NCBI GenBank assembly: GCA_051362555.1
Contig: CM120643.1
Coordinates: forward strand, 11,568,644-11,632,643
Source of the DNA: Lingula anatina
Lineage: Eukaryota > Animalia > Brachiopoda
Direction of reading: 5' to 3'
Length of the DNA stretch: 64,000 bases
Below are positions 12,105-21,732 of the stretch, in pieces. A model generated the notes under the pieces. It was not told where the DNA came from and did not search any database. It was given only the letters and a program-made list of their open reading frames with translations. The position numbers were made by a program, and so were the translations under genes. The first letter of the stretch is position 1. Each line of letters begins with the position of its first letter.

Positions 12105-13559
12105 GCTGCTTTGTTTACATGGCATGGCCTGGTGGGAAGGTGACGTGACCCCTTTTCCGTTGCTTTGATTGGTTAATCTGATCTGAATCTGATTAAAAGG
12201 CTCGAACGGCGGGGCTATTCATTTTGATGTTTCGGCATAAATACTACCGCAATTATCTATATGTTGCCGCACCTCTCGGTTGCCGAATTTATTGTGGATA
12301 TTCTTTTACTGTTTATCTTAATGCACCGTGAAAATTGTTTGGCCACATCACATATTGAAGGAAAGAGCTTTTCTAAACGCTTTTATGCATATCAGGTAGG
12401 GGACTATTTTAGCGGCCTTCTTTTTAGCTTTCTTGGAGAGGTTTTCACCCTCCCTATTCACTCTTACAGGGCTGGTTTGGTCTGGGACCAGAGGACCTGT
12501 CTTCCTCTTTTCTGCTTTTCTTTTGTTTTTGTCACTGTTGTGCATATCCTCTTCAGGGACCCCCTTTTCTCCGGTCATCGGTTGACCGGAGCCGCTCCTT
12601 TCCTTTCTGGGGTCCTGAAAAGGGCCATCAAGAGCTGGTACACGGCCCTGCTCTCCTTCCGGCACCTTCGTGCTTTCAGCCATCTCAGCAGGTTCACGGA
12701 CCTGCTTTGCTACCTGGTTCTCCTCACCCCTGGGAGAGCTTTTCAACCCACTGGCAGGTACACGGTCCTGCCCCTCTGCTGACTTTCTCCTCGCCCCTTG
12801 GAGAGTCTTCCAACTGACTGGCAGGTACACGGCCCTGCCCTTCTACTGACTTCTCCACGCCCCTTGGAGAGTCATCTGTTCCACAGGCAAGTACACGGCC
12901 CTGCCTTGCATCCGATCCCTCATACTCACCTTCGCCACGGTCGGCAAGCAGTGCTCGCCGGAGCTGTGGCGGTAGAGAAGCTAGAACCTCCCGAAGGTGG
13001 TTCAGCATCTCAAGTTCTTCGTTTTGTGTTGGATACAACAGCCTTTGCGTAAGACATTATTGGTATTAGCTTGGTATGTTGAATGTTCAATCGACCTAAT
13101 GAATCAAAGTGATAGATGGAATGAAGAAATCTGGAATGATCTGCCTGTAGTATAAGTTTGCAACGGCGAAGCCGTTGCGGGAAAGTTACGAGGTCTCATG
13201 CGTCGAGATTCAAGAGCCTCTTTCAATCCCCGAGTTCTTGTATATTTTCTTCTGCCTCTATTGTTGTTGCACGTCTGTCCGTGGTGTTATTTGGGTGGCT
13301 TGGATTTTTTTCCTTTCCTCTTACGCTGGCCGCCCCTCCAGCTTGTGTATTTTTTCCAGATGAATCCTTTTTTTTTCCTTGTTTCAGCTATGATTATTCC
13401 AATTCCTTCACCTTGTCTCCGGTCGTCGGGTGACCAGATTCTTTCCTTAATTTTGAATTGGTGTTGCCCTTTTCAGGGCCAGTTGTATTTTCTCCGGTCG
13501 TTGGGAGACCGAAGCCGCCAAGTTTTTCGTGCACGATCTGTATCATTATTTATATAAGT

Positions 13560-15777
13560 CAAGGGTAGTATTTTTGCCTGGTTTGCTTACTATTATGTTT
13601 TTCAGCTTTAGTTCTTTAAATAGGAGGTTATTTTCAAACCTGCTGATTGTTTTTGTGCCCAGAAAAATAGTCTGCTTGATATATATTCAATGTTAACCAG
13701 CCAGTTGTAATTCGAGTACTCATAGGAAGTTTGAGTGCTATGCGTAGCGCTCTATTTTGAATTTTTTGTAGGTCGTTGAGCCTTGTTTTTTTGGTAGCCG
13801 CTAGTATGACCGCACCGTATTTGAGTATGGGTCGAATGAATGATTTGTATAATTTTAGGAGGCAGGCACTCGAAGACCCCCAGTTTGTACCTGTCAGTCT
13901 GATAAGAAGGCCAGTTCTTTTCCTGGCTCTTTTCACTATATTGTCAACGTGTTTTTTAAATGATAGTTTCCTATCAAAGGTGATTCCTAGCAGTGTTACT
14001 TCCTCACATGTTTCTAAACGGTCACCAAAAAGTGTGAGGTTGAGCTTAGGTTGTTGATTTGATTTTGAAAAGATGATTAATTGTGTTTTTTTTTTTGGTG
14101 TTTAGTTAAATCCGCCTTAGAGAGCACCATAGTTCGAGATCCTTTATCACACCAGTCAGTCTGGTTTCTATGCTTTTGACATTTTTGCATGATGTCCACA
14201 TGCCTAAATCGTCTGCAAATTGAGAGACCTCGGTGTAGTATCTTGGGTTTATTGAAGCAACGGGCTGATTACAGACCCCTGAGGCATGCCAGCATTGAGA
14301 CTTGCATATTCGGATGCCTCACCTTTGATTCTGACCTTGATCTTTATGTCTTTCAAAAAAGATGACAGCAAGCGGACAATCTTAACTGGCAGGTTACTAT
14401 GTGCTAATTTGTACCTTAACCTAGCGTGCCAAACTGAGTCAAAAGCCTTCTCCACGTCAAGCATCATAGCGCCCGTAACCCAGCCTTTGTTCATTGCCAG
14501 TTGTGCACTTTCAGCTAGTCTTAGCACATGTTCCATTCCTTCCTTCTTGCTCATGTACGCTCTTTGCCATTTATTGAAGTATTGGTCATTTTCAAGTTTT
14601 TCTTTTATTCTGTTTGCGATTATTCTCTCGAATAGTTTGCTTAGGCAGCTTAGCAGGCTGATCGGTCGATAATTCGTTGTTATTTTGTGATCTTTCTCAG
14701 GTTTGGGTATCATTATTCCAGTTGCTTCTTTCCATATTGTGGGGAAATATCCCAACTGCAGACAGTTGTTATAAATGTCGCATAGTTTGTTTTTTAGACA
14801 TTCAGGTAGTTGTACATGATTTTATAGAAAGGGCCTTCTTTCTTTTGAGCCAGGTGTCTTAGTTTTCTTTTCAGTTTTATAAGCTTAAGGGTGTCCTCGC
14901 TTACTCTCCATACATTTTCTCGTATCTTTGTTTTTGGGCATGCGGTTTCAAGTGCATTTATTAGTGTCTCGGTCACATTCTCACAAGCTTCGTCTATTTC
15001 AGTGGTGGTAAGTGTGACTGCGTCGCTATTTAGGTTTTTAGAAATTAGATGGTCAAACAGTGGTTGGTTTATTTTTCTTGTATTCCGTCGTAAGACGGTT
15101 GGTGCTCTTGCTATTCGGTTATTCTGTATGATTTTTACGTGTAGAGGTAGATAGTCGCTACCACCATCTTCACCTACATAACAGTCCGCTATTTTCGAGT
15201 AAAGTTGAGTCGTGACAAAAGCCATGTCCAGAGTATCAGTGTTGCCGTTGGTGGCCATATGTGTTGTTTCGCCCTCATCGTTAAGATTGATCAGATCTAA
15301 TTCTTCACTTATGTCAAAAAGAACGTTCCCGGTATTGTTTTTTTTTTTTTTTTGCAACCGAAGAAAGCATGTTTACTGTTGAAATCACCTAAAAAGAGGC
15401 AATGTTGGTATTGATCAGCAAAGTGCTTAAATACTGCTTTGTCTAATGTTATATGCGGTGGATTATATAATGAGACTATTACCGTTTTTCTTTGATTTAT
15501 TGTAGTCTCTATTCCCAGAACTTCAGCTGTGAGGTTGCTGGTGTTGATAGTTTGGAACTCTGTCTTTCTTAACGAGTATTGCCACTCTGCCCCCGTGTGC
15601 ATCCCTGTCCTTGCGCAACATCTGATAGCCGTTTACTGACATTTTTGTCCTCTCACTCAACTTAGTCTCATTTATGCATACGATGTCGGGTTTATGCTCT
15701 ACCAAATATTCAACTAAAAGTTGTTTTTTGGATTTCAGACTGTTTATGTTGATATGCAACAGATGTACCGCCATCAT
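13560..15777 (-). pseudogene. LINE ORF2 (APE endonuclease + reverse transcriptase), disrupted
   Basis: HININSL..PDIVCINETKL, GDFNSKH, TLDMAF, GSDYLP; NYRPISLLSCLSKLFERII, LDVEKAFDSVWH, GMPQGSVISP, FADD, WGSSS..LYKSFIRPILKYG. Confidence 0.92.
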
Positions 15778-15814
15778 TTAGGTGGAGGGGTTGATACGTG
15801 TTTGTGTGTCCGTT

Positions 15815-17514
15815 TTACTTAAAAGCAACGTGATGGATAGTTTCACCATCTATGTTGACCTTATAAGTGGTAGCTACAGTTTCTGCTATGTCTTTACAGA
15901 TGTCGCTCTCGTTTGCCTGTATCTTTAGTCTTTTTGATGTCATTTTGATAAGTAATTTGGCTAGGCATATTGCCAATTTGATTGATTCAGCAACATTCCC
16001 TTTTTTAGCATTGTCTATTGATATGCATTTTTGTTCGGTGTTCATTTCTTTTTTATACACCTTACATCCTTTGAAAGATGCCGGGTGTTCTTCTTTACAA
16101 TTGGCACATTTGCGGGTGCTTTCTTTGCACTCCTTATAACTGTGCGCCCCACCACAGTTTTTGCAAGTCTCGGCTGACTTGCAGTGTTCGGCTACGTGCC
16201 CGAACTGTTGACACTTGTAGCACTGTTGCACTGGTGCTGTGACTGGCTTGTAGTCACGAATTTTGTATTTTTGATAACCCAGCAACAAACCGTTCTCAAT
16301 CAAGTCTTTCTTTTGATTTTTGTTTTCACACGTAATTTTCACCTTGTTAATTTCGCTTCCTGTTTAAGCGCTGAACATACGCTTAGCTAACAGAACTTTT
16401 TCTTTTCTGATTTCATCGTCTGTTATTGAAACTGCTATGTTGCAGATGACCACGCACAAATTCTCTTTATTTTGTTTTTTGTTCGCTACTTTTCTTATGC
16501 CAACCTCATTTAGTTGGCTTTCTTTATTTTTCAGGGCAAGTAGCTTCTCAGCTGAAACCTCATCTTTGGGAAAGATAAGGGTGTTACCTTTGTTTTCACA
16601 ATTTTAGTGATATCGGCATCACCAAGCACCTTCTTTAATTTCAGTGGATTGTCATCCAGGTGCCTAGGCAAATTTTCTAACATAATGGGCCTAGGTCTTT
16701 CTGCTTTTTTGTTTTCTTGTCCGCTTTTTTTAGTTTCAGGGTGGACAATGGTGCACTCTGATTCCTCGGAGTTTCCCTCCTCGCCCCGTGGAGGGTCGTC
16801 TGCTGGAGCCTTCTCGGTGATTTTGCGGAAATCGCCTCCCACGGTCTCCACCTTCTCATTCAGTTTGTCACTTTTCTCGGCCTTTTTCCTTGCTTTCTTT
16901 GAGAGATTATCTCCCTCCTTCTCCCCTCTAATGGGGCTGGTTTGGTCACCGACCAGAGGACCTGTCTTCCTCTTTTCCCCTTTTTTCTTTCTTTGCTCAC
17001 TAACTGCCCAATCCATTTTGCTGTCCCCGGTCATCGAGAGACCGGGTGTCTTGCCCTTCTTTGGATGGGCTTTGCCCTCTTCAGGGTCTATCATTTCTCT
17101 GGTCATCGGGAGACCAGAGATATCTGCTGCCTTTTTGTGGCCCTGAAAAGGACCACTGAGAGCTGGTACACGGCCCTGCTCTGTGTTTTGAATCTCCTCA
17201 CCCCTTGGAGAATTAACCAACCGATTTGCAAGTACACGTCCCTACTCTGTATCTAAATTCTCCTCACCACTGGGAGAAATTGTACTTGTATCTTTGCTTG
17301 CAGGTACACGGCCCTGCTCCGACACCTGCTTCTCCTCGCCCTTGGGAGAGCAATCCTGTTCATACTTACCTTTGCCACAGGGATCAGCTAGCAGAGCTTG
17401 CCGAAGCTGTGGTGGTAGAGATGCCAGTACCTCCCTAAGGTGGTTCAACATCTCTACCTCCACGTCCTTAAAAGGACGTTTTGTGTTGGATACAACAGCC
17501 TTTGCGTACGACAT
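15815..17514 (-). pseudogene. LINE ORF1 (nucleic-acid chaperone, 3x CCHC), disrupted
   Basis: MSYAKAVVSNTK start, EQGRVPA..SPRGEE repeats, QCYKCQQFGHVAEHC..CKNCGGAH..C..CANCKEEHPASFKGC; split over several reading frames. Confidence 0.88.
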
Positions 17515-17569
17515 TATTGGTATTAGCTTGGATGAATGGAATGATCGAATCAATTCATGCTTCTGAATC

Positions 17570-17700
17570 GGAATGATCTGCCGAAGGTTGCCTTGTTTTA
17601 TATACTCACATATCCGACGCCAACGATCTTCAAGACCAAACCTTACCTTGATTGGCCAAAACGACCACTTATGAGTGTAGAGCGATATGATTGGACAAGT
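17570..17700 (-). promoter_or_regulatory. Pol II core promoter: two CCAAT boxes, TATA box, TCATTC initiator (histone-gene-like)
   Basis: Minus strand: CCAAT at 17694-17690 and 17655-17651, TATATAAAA at 17604-17596, Inr A at 17574, exactly 30 nt downstream of the TATA start. Confidence 0.7.
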
Positions 17701-18074
17701 CCTCAATTCTTAGGGTTCTGACACATTTCAGCTATCTTGCACTTTCATTTTTCTTAGGTAAGGAAGATGACTTCAAGAACGTCACAGATGTTCGATCCAA
17801 ATTGGTGGGAATTAAGTATATTTCTTTTGCAAATTTTGATTTCTTTCAGAAATCCACTAAACGTGATGATACATACAGAAATATGCCATTCCTTCACTCT
17901 GCCTCGGATTCAATGCTGCATATTTTAGCACACCTGTCCCACATACAGTTATACAAATTCAATGATTTTAATAAAAATACATCCAATGAGGTGCACATGA
18001 AATAAGATGGAAATTTGGGTCATCCAATCACCAAATAGACCGCCTTATTACAAATCTCCCTAGCATATACCCCA

Positions 18075-18850
18075 AATCATTTTTTGCTTTCTTAACGAGT
18101 ATAGCCACCCCGACCCCGTGTGTATCCCTGTCCTTGCATAACATCTGATACATGTAGCCATTCACTGACTTTTTTGTTTACTCACTCATCTTAGTATCGT
18201 TTATGCATACGATGTCAGGTTTATGCTCTACTAAATATTCAACTAATAGTTTCTTGGATTTAAGACCGTTTATGTTGATATGACTGTTTATGTTTATGTT
18301 GATATCAGGTGTGCCGATATCTATAGGAGGTGTGGTTGATGAGTGTAAGTGTCTGCACCTGTTTTACTTAAAGGCAACGTGGTGGATAGTTTCACCATCT
18401 GCTGACTTTATAAGTGGTGGCTTTTTTATTTGTTGATTCAGTTGCCCTTGGGCCCATTCTGTAATTCAGACACAGTCTTATGATGTGCATGTCTTCAGTG
18501 CTGCTTAAGTGCAGTTTACCTTTCTCATGGAAAATAGTTACTGAGCCACCTTCATACACATATGAGTACTTTGAACAATTTTGCAATTGACAATTGCCAC
18601 TATAACAACTTATTATGCTGTGAATCTGCTCATCCCCAATGCTGTCTTCCTCTTGTAGGTTTGATGTTCAGACTCCACTGTGATCTGGACAAGAGTTATC
18701 TTCCCCTCTTATTCTGAGCAGTATGGCAGAGCTTGTTACCAGTGTAAACACTGTATAATGTTTTGTATAAGCTTCCCTCTTTCTTTTGAGCTAGTCTTCT
18801 CATTTTTCTTTTTAATTTGATTAGTTCGTGTTTTTTTGCTGACTCTCCAA
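18075..18850 (-). mobile_element. Degraded fragments of the same LINE family (EN start, ORF1 end, ORF2 linker)
   Basis: 18075-18310 aligns with 15570-15780; 18365-18420 with the ORF1 end (ATTYKV..DGETIHHVAFK); 18755-18850 with 14810-14910. Confidence 0.75.
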
Positions 18851-18876
18851 GTATGTCCGAGTACTCGCAATACCTG

Positions 18877-18906
18877 TAGCTCAGTTGGTAGAGCGGAGGA
18901 CTGTAG
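18877..18906 (+). tRNA. tRNA-Tyr(GTA) 5'-half fragment (pseudo-tRNA)
   Basis: TAGCTCAGTTGGTAGAGCGGAGGACTGTAG is the D-arm/A-box plus anticodon arm of eukaryotic tRNA-Tyr up to the intron position. No acceptor stem or 3' half. Confidence 0.8.
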
Positions 18907-18935
18907 TGGACAGTATGAGAATACTGGAGCAGTTG

Positions 18936-21655
18936 AATAAGTTTGTCGGTGAAGCCGAGGAGGGAAGTTACGAGGACCAAAGTCTTGTGACAGTGGCCTC
19001 TTTCAACCCTCATGCTTTTGGGACACAGCAGGAGAAAAATAAATAAATAAATAAATAAATAAATAAATATATAGATAAATAATAAATAAAGTAAATAATC
19101 AGAAAGAAAGAAAAAAATACAATTAATGGTAAGAAGTTGTTCATGAAATCCATATTCCACTTGCAGGCATTGTGCCCATTTGTATTTGTCTAGAGCAGTA
19201 TTGCTGTGATTTCTCTGGATGAGTAATTTTTGGATGTGTAACGCTTTCATTATGAGGCTGGAGGAGTGTTTCGATACCCAGATGAAAAAGTCTGTTGGAT
19301 ATTGGTTTGAGGTTTGCTGTGTTACGTAGATGCTCAATTTTGGTACCATAGGGCATTTTTAAGGCTATGCAGAGGGCTTTGTTTTGGACTTTCTGCATCT
19401 CCACTTGTCATGTCTTGTTTGTGGTAGCAAATATCACTGCTCCATATTTGAATATGGGGCATATGAATGCCTTGTATTCTCTAATCAAGGTTGAGCTTGA
19501 GGTACCCCAGCTGGTGCCTCTCCGTCTTACTAGGAGATTGGTCCTCTGCCTTGCTTTGGTTGTTATGTTTCTTGTATGTTTTTTAAATGTCAATATTTGG
19601 TCTAGGGTGATTCCGAGTAAGGTGGCTTCCTTGACTTGTTTGATTTTTTCGCCAAACAGGTGAACTTCAGGCTGTATTTTCCTTTTTTTATTATGGAAAA
19701 CCACTGAGTTTTTTACGTGTTTAGTTTGATTCACCACAAAGAGCACCAGAGTTACAATAAGTCTGAGTGCTGCGTTTAGTCTTATTTCCAGTGCTTTTGT
19801 ACTTTTGGCACTGGTCCATATTCCGAGATCATCAGCAAATTGTGATGCTTCCACTTTGTGGGAAGGGTGTATGGGGAGGTCATTCACATATAATAAGAAA
19901 AGAAGAGGGCTGAGGACTGACCCTTGCGGTGTGCCTGCATTCAGCCTGACAGGATGGGAGACATTTGTTCCTACTCTAACTTTTATTTCTCTGTCATTGA
20001 GGAAAGAAGATAGCAGTCTTATGAGTTTGTTCGGAATGCAGTAATGCCCTAATTTATACTTGAGTCCATCATGCCACATGCAACGGATGCTTTTTCTACA
20101 TCAAGCAGGATTGTTCCTGTGGTCCACTGTTTATTTATAGCAAGTTGGGCTGCCTCAACTAATCTGACTTTGTGCTTGATTCCTTCTTTTTTTTCCAGGT
20201 ACGCTCTTTGCCATTTGTTGAAGGCTCTTGTATGTGTTTTGGACTGTAAGTGCTTTTATGAAGTCAAATGGTACTTTGCCTCGGCTTCGGTGCTGCATCT
20301 GTTGTGTGCTGGGAAGCGCGTGAAGTGCTGGATCCCCTTATTTGTGAAAACAGGATAGACTGAAAAAATGAAACAGAAATAAATAACAAAATTAGCATTT
20401 GAATTACTACTACATAGTTATACATGATTTTACAAAAAGGGCTTTTTTGTTTTGAGCTACGTGTCTTAATCTTATTTTCAGTTTTATAAGCTTTTGGGTG
20501 TCCTCACTCTCCATATATTTTCTCCATATATAATCTTTTTTTCTTTGGGCATGCAGTTTCTAGTGCATTTACATGCTAAATCTATTCCATTGGAGGCTGG
20601 TGTGACTGTGTCACTATTTAGGTTGTTTATAATTTGATGGTTTAACAAGGTTTGGTTTATTTTATTGATGTTCCATTGTAAGCAGATTGCTGTTCAGTTA
20701 TTCTGTATGGTTTTTGTGTAGAGGTACATAACAGTCCGTTTAAGCCTAGTCATGACAAAAGCTACATCCAGAGTATCAGTATTGCCGTCACTGGCCATAT
20801 GTGTTCTTTTGCCCTCATCATTAAGATTAATCAGGTCTTGCTTTTCACTAATGTCGACACAAACCTTTTTGGTATTTTTTTTTTTTTTTTTTTTTTTTTT
20901 TGCAACCGAAAAAAAAAAAAAAAGTTTACTGAAATGGAGTATAGCCACTCCACCTCCATACGCATGCATCTCTGTCCCTACATCTGAAGGCTGCTCACTG
21001 TCATTTGTTTTTTCACTCAAATTAGTCTTGTTTGTGTATACAATGTCAGGATTGCACTCTACCAAATGTTCAACAACTAATAGTTTTTTTGTATTTAAAA
21101 CTGTTTATGTTGATATGCATCAGGTGTGCTGACATCTTTAGGTTGTGTGGTCAATGCATGTTAATGTGTTGCAACTGTTTTACTTATCTTGGCAGAATCC
21201 TCCAAGTAGACCAATCATGGACTGTTATTTTTTTTTTGTGTGTGTTGGTATTAAGTTTGGTTGATTCAATTGCACTTGGGCTCAGTCTGTAATTCAGGCA
21301 CTGTCTTAGGATGTGCATGTCTTCAGTGTTGCTAAGTGCAGTTTACCCAAGGAATATAGTTATAGAGCCACCTTTACGTCTTCCTCTTTTTTTTATTGTT
21401 TTGCTTGGTGTTTCACCCTCTTTAGGATTGATTTTTCCCTCTTCAGGGCCTCCAGTCATTGGGAGACCAGAGATGTTTCCAGCATTAATTTTTGGGGCCC
21501 TGAAAAGGACCATCAAGAGTGCTGCGTATGGTGACTCCCTGTCCCTTTGAGTGCCCCTAGCTCCACTTGCAGGTAAATGGCCCTGCTCCACAACATGCAT
21601 CTCCTCGCCCTTGGAAGAGCCTTCCTTAACCTAGTAGCAGGTACTGTACACTGCC
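18936..21655 (-). mobile_element. Divergent, 5'-truncated LINE copy C of the same family
   Basis: ORF1 remnants 21180-21655, EN 20720-21140, RT 19400-20225 (GTPQGSVLSPLLFLLYVNDLP, QFADDL). 3' end 18936-19010 is homologous to 13151-13230. Confidence 0.85.
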
Positions 21656-21689
21656 ATGCTTGGCAAAAAATCTAATTAAAAAGTTCTAA

Positions 21690-21732
<43 letters not shown>

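Larger units (their letters stand above)
8310..12406 (-). mobile_element. Academ-type DNA transposon (deleted, non-autonomous) inserted in LINE ORF1
   Basis: Termini TAGTCGCTTACC / GGTAGGGGACTA, ~300 bp imperfect TIRs (8310-8640 vs 12110-12406) and a 3-bp TSD TTT; removing it restores the ORF1 frame. TAG..CTA ends with 3-4 bp TSDs are characteristic of Academ. Confidence 0.85.
6345..13132 (-). mobile_element. Non-LTR retrotransposon copy A (I/Jockey-group-like), internally deleted and split by an Academ element
   Basis: 5' leader and ATG (MSYAKAVVSNTK) at 13057. ORF1 13057-12407 rejoins in frame at 8309 (KAAK|RAK) and runs to 7227 with triple CCHC knuckles. ORF2 remnants at 6935-7215 and 6610-6710. 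3' end 6345-6600 is homologous to 13150-13500. Confidence 0.85.
13146..17569 (-). mobile_element. Near full-length non-LTR retrotransposon copy B (ORF1 gag-like; ORF2 APE endonuclease + RT; no RNase H seen)
   Basis: ORF1 17514-15815, ORF2 from 15777, 3' hairpin at 13160-13178. Flanked by a 13-bp direct repeat at 13133-13145 and 17570-17582. Confidence 0.92.

Noticed and set aside
13145-13151. CTGTAGT at the B/A junction matches the tRNA-Tyr anticodon arm, hinting at tRNA targeting
   Set aside because: Only 7 nt, and better explained as the LINE 3' tail next to the 13-bp target duplication.
12261-21550. Plus-strand ORFs of 60-180 aa in the ORF track over the LINE array
   Set aside because: Antisense shadows of LINE ORF1/ORF2 with no independent protein motifs.
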